This document shows positions 37,991-51,165 of a DNA stretch of 64,000 nucleotides, piece by piece. Made by a program: the position numbers and the translations under genes. Under the pieces are notes generated by a model. That model was not told where the DNA came from, searched no databases, and was given only the letters and a program-made list of their open reading frames with translations. The stretch is from contig NC_087436.1 in NCBI RefSeq assembly GCF_036321535.1, forward strand, positions 117,306,001 to 117,370,000, in the 5' to 3' direction. Position 1 is the first letter of the stretch. Every line of letters begins with the position of its first letter. The DNA is from Camelus dromedarius. Taxonomy: Eukaryota.

Positions 37991-38430
37991 CGTAGGGAAG
38001 GAAAAGTTCTCCTCTACCCTCTTTGGATCTCTGGCTGGACCAAAGAAGTAAACTGACATGAGACAGATCAACAGGAGAAAAGTATACAAATTTTAACAAA
38101 TTTTTACATGTACATGGGAGCCTTCACAGGCAATTAAAACCTTGAGAAAGTGGCAAGAGTGGGAAGCTTTTATACCTTTTAGACAAAGAAACAATCAACT
38201 TGTGAAGAATTCACAAGACAGTAGGTTTGGGCTCTGGGCAATAAATGATGAAGAAGTAACAAGGTTTGTTATACAATCTTCTCATCCCTAAATTCCCTGT
38301 CTCTAGTAATAAGATGCCTCCCTTCCTCCTCCTGGCACAGAGAGGCTGCCTGTCACATGGGAGACTCATCTTCTGCTTTCAGGGATCAGGGCAGGAGGAC
38401 ACAGCGACCTTCCTGTTTCTGCCATTTTCT
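37991..38430 (-). mobile_element. ERV1 LTR (MER41/MER34-class), truncated
   Basis: GTAGGGAAGGAAAA..CCTCTACCCTC..AGACAGATCAACAGGAGAAAA motifs of an antisense ERV1 LTR. Confidence 0.65.
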
Positions 38431-38500
38431 CAGGGAGCTATATTCAGTATCTTGTAATAGCCTATCATGAAAAAGAATATGTTTATATATATATAACATG

Positions 38501-38534
<34 letters not shown>

Positions 38535-38620
38535 TATATATATATGACTGAATCACTATGCTATTCACCAGAAATTAACACATGACATTGTAAATCAACT
38601 GTGCTTCAATTTTAAAAAAT
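38430..38620 (+). mobile_element. L1 3' tip containing a compound (TA)n(CA)n(TA)n microsatellite
   Basis: CAGGGAGCTATATTCAGTATCTTGTAATA...GACTGAATCACTATGCT..CCAGAAATTAACAC..ACATTGTAAATCAACT plus an A tail. Confidence 0.8.
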
Positions 38621-39282
38621 CATTAATTCCTGAAAGGAAGACTCAATCTATGATAGATGTACTAAGTGTCAAGAATTGTGCTCAACATCCTGTGAGGTGG
38701 GTATTACCACCCTTTTTCAGATATGGAAGCAAGGTTCAGAGAGCAAAGAGATTTGCCCAGGGTAACACAGCTAGGAACACCCAACCTCCTTCTACTTCCA
38801 GCTACTATACTACACCATCTGCCTGGATTGTAGGAACTCTTAGCAATGACTTAAACTAGTTCATGAAGCTACAGCAGGGAAACATGGAAGGCCTGTTTCA
38901 GGTCTGCTATTAAGACCCAAGCATCCTACTGCTCACTAGGGGTGGATGTCACCAAGGACTGTGCTTTCCTCTCTCCAGACCCCTGAGCTGAAATAGGGAG
39001 CCACGTGTTTTTATCCCGCCATCTTGACCCCACTGTTTCTCTTTGCTCCAGCCACACTATAAACAATAAGCCCACAGTATTCAACCTGATGGGCAGTATT
39101 TTAAAGAACTGAATTAGCAGTATAATTACCCACTCCAGGACAAAACACCAGTCCTGGAATGTCTGAGGTGATCTGCTCACAAATTTCCCATGGATCAGCT
39201 AAATGATAAATCCAAATTATTAGTTTTAAATCTAATTCATAATGAATATTACTGATATAAAGCATCAATAAAAAATAAAACT

Positions 39283-39460
39283 AAAAAAGTTTATTTTGTA
39301 TAGCACAGGGAACTATGTTTAATATCTTATAATAACCTTTAATCGAAAAAATATGAAAATGAATATATGTATGCATGACTAGGACATTGTGCTGTACACC
39401 AGAAATTGACACATTGTAATTGACTGTACTTCAATTTTAAAAAATAAAAAATAAAAATAA
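39283..39460 (+). mobile_element. Lineage-specific L1 3' tip
   Basis: TGTATAGCACAGGGAACTAT...GTGCTGTACACCAGAAATTGACACATTGTAA plus an A tail; flanking AATAAAACT repeat. Confidence 0.85.
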
Positions 39461-42400
39461 TAAAACTGGTGTAATTGCAAAATTACATGGTAATTTGCTA
39501 AAAATAACTCCCTTCCCTCCAAAGAGAAAACACAATGGTGGAAGAGATTGATGAAATTTGAAATGGAGAAAAGAAACTGACTAATAAATTCTATCTTCAC
39601 TGTAAAGTTTTCCAAGAAAATAATTGATTCAATAAAAATAAATTTAGTAAGATAAAAAGAGAAAATGGAAAGTAATGCTTGTAAATGGCTTAACTGCACC
39701 AAAGAGAAAAATGATCAATGCATTTAATTTGCTCAGTGCATTCTACTCTAGAAAATACTTGCTTGGGAAAAATCTGTCAGTGTTGATATACTTATGGTTA
39801 AAATGCTTGTTTTCAGAGCCAAAACATTTTCAGTTTCAGTTGGGAGGGACGACATATCCTTCCACCTTTGTTTGCTCATGCTGTTCCTTCTTCCTGAATT
39901 GCTTTGTCCCCATTCCTTTTCACCTGTTCTCATGCTTATAAACCTTTCAAGGACTAATTTAAATGCTATCTTAGCCACAAAATATTCCCTGATGCTCCCT
40001 TTAACTCACCTCTTTGGACTCCCTCTCTACTTTTCCTCACCTCTCTTGAGGCACCAAGGACTTTCAATCGTCTTCAAGTTACTGGAATCAAGCAATCCTC
40101 TTCTCCTGGGCTTGACAGTCTGTGTCCTGCTGCTCTGCAGTCCCAGCGCCCGGCTCAGAACCCCAGCACCGGGAGCTGGCCAGAAACTCGCACAAGAGTG
40201 AACACCAGGTCAAAGTGCTGGCGTTGACCACTTACTCGCACGCCAGCATGTGAATCTGAGTCCATGGGCCACCTTCCCAAGAAAGGTCGGCTTCTTATAT
40301 GCAGAGCAAAATCACTGACCTCCTGTCAAAATGTTCCTGAGCCAGGAGAACAGGCAAGGCAGATGCTGCCAGGGGCTGAGGATCCATCTCAGGATGAAAC
40401 TCTCGCCTCCAGCGTGACACACATTCCACTGAGATATCTGCTCAACCTCACTCATGTTATTCCTCGTCGTGTTAGTCACTTCCTGCCTTGAAATGAACCA
40501 GGCTCCCTATGTTAGAACCACAGGCCAAGCTTGCTGGAGAAAGGGTGGCTGTGGGAGATGGGAATGGTCTGGGAACAGCTACAGACGACGATGTTAAGGT
40601 CAGAAAAATGCCCTTAATAACCTCACATGATTGCTGATAAAGGCTGCTTGAGAAAAGACAAGGATGGATGCCCTGGATGGGGTATTAGAGGGTCCTCCCT
40701 TGGCGACCAGGACTCAGGCCAATGGGAACACAAGCCACGAAGCCATGACAGGCAGGGAGTTTTGTGGGGACCGTGGGCTCTAGACAGTTAATGCATCCGT
40801 CTGAATCTCAGATCTGCTACATGCACCGTGTGACCTAGTGCAAGTCACTAAACCTCTCCATTCCTCAGTTTTGTCGTTTGTACAGCTGCAGTATTAATTA
40901 CACCTACCTCCTGGATCTTTTGTGAACATTAAATGAGTTAATGTTTATAAAATGTTCGGCAGGGAGCCTGTGCATGTAGCGAGCAGCTCACAAATCACTA
41001 TTCTCATGACCCTCTCTCTCAGGATGCTCTTTGGAGCCCCAAGGTCCTCTGGGGACAGAGTAAACATGCCCTATACTTGTGCAGGGAACAGAACTGGGGC
41101 TGAGAGGCCTGTGCTTGGACCAGGTCAGTGCCTCCCTCACCACATTCTTGATAGTGAACCCTTTCCTGTCATCTTTTTGATCAGGAATCTTAATTTTAGT
41201 TTCGTGCCTCCTATTGGTGTGCAAAGGCATTCACTTGAGGGTCCTTCAACCCAGTGGTCACAAAACTGCTTTCCAGCTCTCAGGGAGAAAAGTTCTGACA
41301 CACACTGAGCCCAAAAGAATCAAATGAAGCGGAACAAAGGCACAGGGGAGCTCTCACAAGACAAAAAGTGACTCAAAATAGAGAGGACATTAGAGCCTGA
41401 GGAATGAGATTGGTCTGTGAATCACCAAATGGGAAACCCTGGGACTCAGGAGAACTATCCGCGTTAGGTTTTACCTTTCGCCTGCATGTGAGTGAGAAGC
41501 AGTCCCCCTCACCACTCGGCGCAGCAGGCGTGATGGTACAGCTACCTCACAGCATCACCGTGAGGCCGGAACCGAGTAACACCTGGGAACCCTTTGGCAA
41601 AAATTAAGCCGTCAATCAATGTTGGCTATTATCTTTGGTGGTGGTGGTCCCAGACCCAGACCTCTGCCCTGGCCCTCACCCCATTTGCCCACATGGATGG
41701 CCCATATGCACCTTAAACATGAGTCCAAAGATACATCCAAAAGCATCAGCCCTCCTCACCACCACCACCAGACTCTCTCTCCTCCCCAGCCTCCGAGGGC
41801 TCCCCAGAATAGGCAATCAGGTGCATGGAAGCAGAGGCCATAATGTTAATCCATTTCCATTCTGGGTTCCTAGCACAGGGGCACTGAATAGGCAGCAATG
41901 TGTTTTATTTTGCAATTTGTTGTCGTCACATTCTTACCATGTGGGGTAGCGGCAAATCAGACAGGGATGGGCTGGAATCTGCACTTCTTATCTGTGTGAC
42001 CTGGAGCAAGAAGCATGACCTCTCTGAACCTCAGCATCTTTTTCTGTACAAGAGGAACAGGCAGACCCACTCACAGGGCTGCTGTGAAGGATCAGTGAGA
42101 CCTCTCTGTACGAGTCCTAACATGGCATCGGGTATGGAGTCAATTCTAGCTCGTGGGCAGTTTTTATATTAATAATGACCCTGTGATGTAAGCGTGATGG
42201 TTCTCATTATTAGAGATGAGGGAACCAAACCCAGACGTGGTGAATTATTTACTTAAAATGACACTACTGAGACTCGAACCCAAATCTGTTGCTTCCAGAT
42301 CTGATGCTCATTCTTTGTTGCCTGAGATGTCCATATCAGTTTACCAAATTGGGGGAGGAGGAGAGGGCGGGGGACAGAAAGTTGCTTAAATTCTTTACTT

Positions 42401-43614
42401 TCATTTTAACAGCCTCTGTCCCAGTGGGAGGAACTTGTAATGAAGGCCCAGTGCCTCTGAGTCTGTTTTCGATTCATTTTTAAAGTCCTCTTTTCCCTCT
42501 GAGCTCTTCTTTGAAAATGTCTTCCTGCCACTTTGCACAGAAAAGTCTGCTCTCTTTCATGAAATACCAAAAACAAACAAACAAAATACGGCCTTTGACA
42601 TGCTGTTTCGTCCCCACTAAGAGCTAACATTCATCTGTTGTGAATTGCTGTTCTCAACACTTCTTTCAATTAGAATTAATCAGGGTCCTAAAAATCCCTG
42701 AGCATCTGTATTTGATCCATAAACAACTAAACAATGTTTTTTTAACCGGGATGTTGTGAGAAAAGAATAAATGTCATCAACTTCTCTTACACAGAAAGAA
42801 CAATTGACTATGAACGTTTTGTACTCATGTTCTCCTTTGAAAATGAATTTCCAAGGTCAAGGAGTGCCACCTAGGCCCCTACCCTCCAACCCCCCGTCTC
42901 CCCCATCCCCCATCCTCCCACACCCTGGCCTCCATGACAAGTGCATATTGCCAGGGAAAGAGCTGTGATCTGAGATCAGGAGACCTGGATTCTAGTTCTT
43001 ACAACCTTGCTGGGCTTCTTGGACAAGCCCCTCAACTTCTCTGGGCCTCTGTTTCTGCATGTACACAATGTAGGGAACGGGCAAAATGCTTTCCAAAGTC
43101 TCCAGCCAGATTTCTAATTTGCTTAAAGTACATGGGAAATTGCTAAAGAAAAAAATGATAGTGGCCATTTCTGTTCAGGCTCAAAAGCCTTGTGGAATAT
43201 TTCTTTATTTAGGTACGGACTGTTACAAAGGACCACCTCTTAGAAGATGAAGGTGGAGATAAGTGTATGTGAGGACGCGTGTGCGTGCCGGTGCGTGCGT
43301 ATGTGAGCATAGGTGCGCCACCATGCTAATAAATGTAGTTTGGGCACATGTGTATTGTGGGGGCACCTGTGTACATGTGAGATGTGTGTGCACACGTGTC
43401 CTGGTGTGTATTTAACTGGGGAGGCACAGGGGGTCAGCTACAGTGGTTGTTGATTCTTTTTTGTGGCAGAATATACGAGAATAATACAAGATAACAAGAG
43501 AGCCAGAGTATTGTCAGATGTCACTGCTGATGAGAACCAACTGCATATTGTAGCGAAAGTCAGCCGGAGGTATCAAGGCACATAGATTTGAAACCTGCCT
43601 AATGACAGAGCAGA

Positions 43615-43772
43615 CTAGTTGTTTCCCTCAGGTGTGGTTAAACATTCAAACAAATTAAATTTTTAAAAATACCAAATCTTAGGCCTCAAAAATCCTGATT
43701 CAACTGTTTGGAATGGCAGACACCAATACTTTAAGTGGTTCTGTGGGGCAGGCAGGATTGAGGACTACTGGT
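43615..43772. mobile_element. MER5A-like hAT element
   Basis: CTGATTCAACTG.TTGGAATGG...GTGGTTCTG...AGGATTGAGGACTACTG. Confidence 0.5.
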
Positions 43773-45270
43773 AGACCCAGAATGCCAAGTGGTTCACACT
43801 TATCACATGTCCCCTACCCTTTCCCAAGCCCGAAATAGACATCGCCAGTCAATCAGCCACCTCTTTTCCATTGATTGAAATGCAGCCGTGAAATCTTTCT
43901 CATCACAGGACTTTGAGCAGCTACCACCAATGAATCCAAATTGACTTTTGAACTGGGATGTGTTGGCTGTTCCTGACAAGCCATGTTGGACCTGCTTTCC
44001 CAATTGTTGAAATTACAGGAGTGAGGAAAGACAGGACCCCCCAGGCATGCTGAGCAGACACGATCTGATATAACTGAGATCTCGTTTCTCATTGTTCGAG
44101 GGCCACTGGAAGAGGGGCCAAGATGGGGAGAGAATTTACAGCCAGGTCTGATGAGAGCTGGTTTTCGAATCCAAGATGTTTAGCTTAGAGAAGACCCGTG
44201 GGGCAACATGTATGAAGGAGGGACCCTCCGTCTGTGTCCCTCCAAGGACTGTGTAAGGCCCCAAAGGGGGCCTCTCCGGGAGGGAGACTATGGCTCAGTC
44301 TGTGGAGCCTCTTCACGAACAATTCTCTCTTCCAGCCCCACTTACTAGAAGTGTGAATGTACACAGATCACTGAACCTCTCTGAACTTCCTTTTCCTCAT
44401 CTTTCAAATGAAGACGGGGCACCTCCTTCACCAGAACATTGCAACGATGGTGTGAAAAGATGGGCGTGGGGCATCTGGCACAGAGTGTGGTCAGCAAATG
44501 CTAGTCGTCGCCATCCCGTCACTGCTGGTGGAGTGCCAGTCCCCAGAGATGATCGCGGAAGAGAATGGAAAAGAACGTCCTAAGTGTTTCCCCGGGTCCA
44601 GCACTGTGTCAGCATCCTACAAATGTGACATGTGCGTCTCCAGGCCCCTAACTGGGAATGTCACAATGGCATCTCTTTGACAGTGGCAGAGCAAAAGTCT
44701 GATGGTTCTGCCCCACTTGTGAAAGGGGGTACTCATGTACCTTCTATGTTCTTCCCCAAATTGGCTTTGAGATCCAGGGGTTCTGTGTGAGCTCAAGAAT
44801 ATTCTCCTCTTAGAGGCCCCTGGTCTCACCATTTCTCTCCTCATCGAGCTTGACATCTTGCCCTGCTTCTACTGTTCCAGGTGCGGCCAAGTCTTCTTTG
44901 CTTTTCCATTCTACCCCTCTCCAGGACCTTGGCCCCTGAGCCCTTGGTCCCTGCACTCCTCCTGAGATGGAGCACGGAACCACCGCATGGACACAGAGAG
45001 GTTCCAGCCTGTGCTCTCGGGTCTTATGGGCACAACTGCAGAGCAGACAGCTTTCTAATTCTCCCTGTGTGTCTGGCCTCACACCTGCCACCTGCCTCCT
45101 GCCTCCCACCACACAACCCTGCTAGCAAACTACAAGGTAAGTCCAGCTATTATCCCCATTTTAATAAGAAAAGAAAAAAGCCTTGGCAGGTCACTTAATC
45201 TCTTTGACTTCCAGTTCTCATGAACTAAGTAAGACATCAGAGATTCAGGATTTGAACAGAGGGGATGATT

Positions 45271-45835
45271 TTTTTTTTATTGAAGTATATAGTCAGTTAC
45301 AATGTGTCACTTTTTGGTGTACAGCACAGTGTCCCAGTCATGCAGGTATATACGTATATTCGTTTTCGTATTCTTTTTCATTAAAGGTTATTACAAGATA
45401 TTGAATATAGTTCCCTGTTCTATATAGAAAAAATATGTGGGGTTTTTTTGTACATATTTTTTTTTATTGAAGTATATTCAGTTTACAATGTTGTGTCAAT
45501 TTCTGGTGTACAGCACAATGCTTCAGTCATACATGAGTATGCATATATTCATTTTCATATTCTTTTTCACCATAAGTTACTAAAAGATATTGAATATAGT
45601 TCCTGTGCTATACAGTATGAACTTGTTGTTTACCAGATTTTGTGAGAATCCTCCTGTATTTCGAAGCCAGAGACACTGCCGGAGTTCAGCAGGTGTTCTG
45701 TGCAGTTCAGTGGGTCTGCAGATGCAATTCTTGGTGTATTTGTGGGAGAGGGAAAGATGTGAGTCTCTATTCCGCTATCTTGGCATCTCCCCAGAAATTT
45801 TTTAAATCTATTTTTATATATGGTCGCTAACATTT
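45271..45835 (-). mobile_element. Lineage-specific L1 3' fragment with a nested bipartite L1-derived insert (about 45440-45792)
   Basis: Two tandem antisense L1 3'UTR copies; the outer element resumes at 45793; outer flanks AGGGGATGATT (45260) and AGGGGTGATGATT (45836). Confidence 0.8.
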
Positions 45836-45849
45836 AGGGGTGATGATTT

Positions 45850-47165
45850 TAAAATACATCCAGAAGTATCAGAAGGAATCCATGGGACTTAATATACACA
45901 CATAGCTAGATACAGAAATATATACAGATGCTTATGAATGTATGTGTGTGTGTGTATACATGTGTCTATTCCCCACCTCTGTCCTGTGAGAGGACCTAGA
46001 AGCAATGTCACCTCAGTAGCAATAACACCCCACCCCTTGGATCTTGATTTCTAAATACCATTTTCTGATAAAAAGGAACCAAAGCCCCCTGGAGAAATGG
46101 CTGCTTCCAGGGCTCAGGCAGGGAATATATAAGATGAGTCTGGAATATCTTGTGCCAAAAACAGCAAACTGCTCAAAGAATAATATAGCGAATCCAAAGG
46201 ACACCGGAGCCAACCTGACAAGGCTCCCAGCAGCCAGATCTGGGACAATTTAAACATCACAATAAATGTGGAGAATAAAGGATTATAACCTACTGAAAAA
46301 AAAAACTAGGAATCCTAGAGTCTACATCAGTATAAATAAATACATAAATTCCCTGACTTACAATAAAAAGATGATGGAATTTTTAAAAACCCACTATTTG
46401 GCAATCACCATAATAACTGACTTGGGGAAGGACCATTATTAATAGATGCTAAAACCAACGGGTGAGAAGTTGAGGAACGATAGGATAGTTTTAGAGTCTC
46501 ACAGTCTTTCTCCCAAGGATACTTATGAGTTACACAGGGTGACATAGTAACTCCGTAGTGGACACTGCCATCACCCTATCATGGAAGCTCCCGTTGCTAG
46601 TGACAGGATGGATTGACAGCACGTGCCCCCGGACACGGTGCTCTGAGAGGAGCTCCGCGCCGATCGCTTCTGTGCCGTTTCTGCCCAAAGTGCATGTCAG
46701 AAGCTATTCGGGAGGAACCACCAGACAAACCCAGATTTAGGGACATTCTACCAAGTGACTGGCTGGGGGTTTTTCACAAATGTCAGTATCATGAAGGACA
46801 AAAAGGCAGGAAATGTTTCGGAGTAAAGAAAGGCAAAGAGAGATGCAGTGAACAGAACCCACGGTCTTGGCTGATTTTCTTGTTAAAAGCATGATCATGA
46901 AATCTGAATGAGGTCTGTAGGTTAGATAAGAAAATTCCTTGTTTTTAGGAAATATGTACTGAAGTATTCAGGGGTAAATGGGCATCATGTCTTAAATGGT
47001 TCAGAAAAGAAAAAGAGAGAAGAGAGAGGAACACAGCAAGTAACATGGTGAACAGTTAATGTTAGGGGACCTGGATGGACAAAGAGTATTTAGCATTCTC
47101 TTGTAATAGTTTGCACCTTTTCTGTAAATCTGAAATTATGTTAGAATAATTTTTTTTAATAAAAT
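45850..47165 (+). mobile_element. Ancient L1MC/MD 3'UTR
   Basis: GGCAGGGAATATATAAGATGAG.CTGGAATATCTTG, CAGACAAACCCAGATTTAGGGACATTCTAC, CTTTTCTGTAAATCTGAAATTAT. Confidence 0.75.
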
Positions 47166-47184
47166 GTAACATGTAAAACATCTC

Positions 47185-47500
47185 TTCTGCAAAACTGCTT
47201 GACATGTCCCATCAAGAGATGAAGCCTAATTCCTGCCCCTTGAATAAGGTCTGATGTTGGGGACTCACTTCTAATGAACAGAGTATGGTTCATGGAGGCC
47301 AAGTTACAAAAGGAAACTCAGTGTCCACCTGGCTCTCCCCTGCTTGGGGCACAGCTGTGAGCTCTGAGCCACCGGGTACGAATCCACCCCCCTCTGAAGC
47401 CACCAGGCTGGAGAGAGCACGTGGGAGACCCCCTAGAGGTGGCAATGCTGGAGGCGCCCCTGGGTGGCCCCTGGGTGGCCATGTCCTGTCTCACCAAACA
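47185..47500 (+). mobile_element. MLT1E/F-like LTR fragment
   Basis: TCCCATCAAGAGATGAAGCCTAATTCC..CCCCTTGAAT..GACTCACTTCTAATGAACAGAGTATGG. Confidence 0.55.
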
Positions 47501-47989
47501 GGCCATGGAACTCCCCCAAAGCGGGGGCAGGCGGTTCCTGTCATCACACAGAGACAGGAATAGGATGAGGAGAGTGAGATGCAGAGCTCAAGGAAGTGCT
47601 CACCGCTCATCTGGGATCACCTGTTCTTTCTGCAAAGAGTAATGGAGAAGGTGCAAGAATTAGGGCCACCTTCAAATTCAGCCTGGGTCGCTCTGGGTGG
47701 GTGACTGTGGATGAGTCTCTGGACCCCTCCCTGGGTCAATTGCCTCCTCTCTTTAAAGGGCAGGCTGGAGGGACCTCACCAGGTGACTGTGGCGCTCTGG
47801 GTAGCACTGTGGAGACACTTTGCTAGTTATAAAGAACATTCAGCTGTGTTGTATGATAACACTTCTCATGGCACTTTCAGGCCTGCAGGGCTTTGCTCAG
47901 CCCAAAATGTGAGGACCACCGCCCTGACAGGCAATGCCGCCCTGAGACTTGCTGTATAAACACCTAGTTAATCACAGCACCTAAGCCTG

Positions 47990-47991
<2 letters not shown>

Positions 47992-48035
<44 letters not shown>
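47992..48035. repeat. (GT)22 microsatellite
   Basis: Direct reading. Confidence 0.95.
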
Positions 48036-48040
<5 letters not shown>

Positions 48041-48268
48041 GAACGACACGGAAACAACCTCCATGTTACACATACTCTTAATCCTCACCCAGACCTGTTG
48101 AGGTTAATGTACCTATTTCTCAGATAAACAAACTGAAGCCAGGAGAGGTGCCTAAATTCAGACAATTAATAAATGAAGGAGGTAAAATTTGAACTCGGGG
48201 CTTTGGCACTTCAAAGCCTGCGTGGTGTGGCTTTGAGACAATCAGCTGGGACCCGGCTCAGGGCCTCT

Positions 48269-48461
48269 CAGGCCGGATAATTCTCTGTTGTTGGGGGGTG
48301 GGGTGGGGCATCCTGTGCACTGTAGGAGGTGTAGCAGCATCCCTGGCCTCTACCCTCTAGATGGTAGGGGTACCTCAACTCGGTTGTGACAACCCAAAAA
48401 TGTCCCAAGACATGGCCAAATGTCCTTTGGGAGATAAAATTACCCCAGTTGAGAACCACAG
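48269..48461 (+). mobile_element. MER20 hAT-Charlie element
   Basis: GGATAATTCTCTGTTG..CCTGTGCACTGTAGGA..AGCAGCATCCCTGGCCTCTACCC.CTAGATG..CCCCAGTTGAGAACCAC. Confidence 0.88.
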
Positions 48462-51159
48462 GCCTATGTAAAAACCCTGGTTTCAAAACTTACTAGTCAT
48501 ATGACCTTGGACAAGCATCTTGACCTTTCTGTGTCTCAGTGTTCTCATCTGTAAAATGGAAATTAATAGTACGTGAGGTTAATGTGAAGAACACAAAGGA
48601 ATGAGGAAGGGGCATCTGGCCAAAATATGTGCTCCTTTTCCCACTGCTGCCTCCCCTCCAAACACAAAGGAACGCCCAGGGCAGGTGACAATGAAAGTCA
48701 GCTTACACGTGGATACAGGAATGCATCAGTTAACCCAGTAATTACCAAATGAGCGAGGACTGTTCTGAGCCAGGCACCAGTGCATTTGCTGATGGGGGGG
48801 CCTCGGCAGCCCCTTTCACCCCTGCAGGGGGTCAAGGAAGACTGTGCGGCCAGGCTCTCCAGTTCAAGTCCATGTCGGCCACTTACCAGCCATGTGACCC
48901 AGGGCTAGTTATTTAGCTTTCTGATGCCTTCATTTCCCCTTCAGTAAAATGTTGGTAACAATGGTGACTGCCTCGCAGGGTTGCGAGCATCGGAGGAATC
49001 CACGCACCTGCAGCCCGGGCACAGGATGAGTCTCTAGAATGCCTGCCGTTGCTGTTGGCATTAACCCTCCACAGTTCTGCAGCCACACTGGCCACCCCCT
49101 TTTACCCAGCGTGCCCCACGCAGTCCCCGTTCAGGTCTTCCCCTGGACGTGGGTGTCACCCCTTTTCCATCTGCATCTCTCTTCGTGCCTCTCGCTTGAA
49201 CACCCTAAATCAAACAGCAGCCTCATCACTCCACCCTGGTTTACTTGGCACCCCACCAGTTACCGCTGCCTGACGTGACATCTCACAGTCTGGGGAGCAT
49301 GGACACTCCCGTGCAGCACAGTATCGTGTGCTCGTCTGCTGTCTCTCTCCTACTGAAATACAAGTTCCCAGACATCAGCGTATTTAATTGGTGACAATAT
49401 TCCCAGAAGAGTGCCTAGCATACAGTAGGTATAAATAATTATATTGAATGATGAATGATAGTTTGCAGAAGGGATTCCCAACGTTCTCACATAAGCCTTT
49501 TCCCTAACACAAATTATTTGAACTAGAGTCTAGAGCAATGTTTGCCACCAAAAAAATTTGGCTTATTATAACAACCTGTCCTTTAGAATAGAAGAGCTAC
49601 ATTTTAGACATTTTTGGATCAGAGTTTCTCCGACTGTGCTCCCTGCAAACTGTGATCTCCAGAGAAATAAAGCAATAAGGAATTGCACCAAACAAGGATT
49701 CACAAGGTCAAAGGCATTGGAAAACAAGGCAGAATTCTCTCCTGCTTGGGGATTCACAGTACACAGGAAAAGCTGTAAGAAACCCTGTAGAAGACAGATA
49801 CTGTACCTGGTCTGCAGAACTTCTTTCATGCTAGACCTTATCCATTAACATCTGCATCATCTAATACAATTTGGAAAACAGTGCTCGGGGTAAGTCCTTC
49901 AATTTACAGATGCAGAGAGAAAGTGAAGCCCAGAGAGGTTTATTGACCCATTCGAGGTCACACAGCCATCTCCTGACTCCTAGAACAGGGTACTTTTCAC
50001 TGCCCCTGATGTCTCCCTAATTGTCCACTGAGCAATCAGCTCACAAGAGGTCAAAAACTGAACACTAGACCTCAGATTCCAATATTGATTTGACTAAATC
50101 ATAGATGAAAACTAATGCACCAAGTAGGATTTGCTTTCAATCTCACTGCTTCAGAAATAGTCAGTTATTCATTCAACAACTACTGATGACGCATGACATG
50201 CCAGGCACTGCACATTTTGCAGCGAGCAAGACCTGCCAGTTCAGTAGACTGACAATAAAATTATCCCTAAAGAGACCAAAATTGATTGAACTGTCCTTGA
50301 TAAGCCTGCTTCAAAGGAGAGACTCGCAAGAAATTACACATTTACATTTCATTTGCTTCCATTAACAATGCTTGCATTTGGATCTAATGGCAATAATATG
50401 CTCTCGACTGGAATGGCTGTGGAACTAAGCACTCCCTTTCCCTGTGCAGACTGCAGAGCAGAAAAACAAAAAGATTGGAATTCATTGGGCTTTTTCATTG
50501 GGCCCCTCAACCAACAGATTTTCCAATTTCAAGTCCATTCAGAGATCACCTCTGGCTCCTACGTTTTAGTTTAAATGTATTTCTCACTTCCTATTGTCTA
50601 CAAATGCCTATTTTAAAAAACGAAATTTGTTTTTTAAAGCACATCAACTCACACAATTCAAAGCCCTTCAGAAAACACGGTAGATCAAAAGCCACATAAC
50701 TCTAAAAACACCATAGATTTGAGGTTGAGAAAGATCGAGCCATTATTCTTTATGATCTTTTCAATGAATTGATAGCATCTGTCTAGAAATCAGGAGAATT
50801 GTTTTATGTCATGTAATTTTAAAAAGAAGATTCTCAATGAGAAAATAAATATTGGAATTCCTGGCTTAAGAAGACCATATTTGATGATGCAGCATTGAAG
50901 CCAGATTTCTGCACAGACTTGAGATGTGTGCACCTGATTTAAAAAAAAAAAAACTGAGTTATTGGAAGCCCTTCAAGTTCTCTTGCCCCTGTGTGTACCT
51001 TTAAGGCCAAACTGTCTGTAAAGAAAATAAGCGTGTGCTTCCAGACCCAGCCAAGATCTTCCCTGCTTTTAAAGATGCTCTCATGGCTTCTCCAGGAGCT
51101 GTCCTGAGAACCAATCTGGCAAAGCAAAGATAATCACCCTGTAATACACATAACTCGTG

Positions 51160-51165
51160 TTTATT
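51160..51165 (-). terminator. DRD5: Probable DRD5 polyadenylation signal (AATAAA on - strand)
   Basis: + strand TTTATT about 520 nt past the stop; sense context GTGTCTAATAAACAC resembles the recalled end of the human DRD5 mRNA. Confidence 0.65.

Noticed and set aside
46370..47165. Similarity to 60150-61030 as a possible second duplication
   Set aside because: Both are L1MC-type 3'UTR copies; the similarity is confined to the repeat and the flanks differ.
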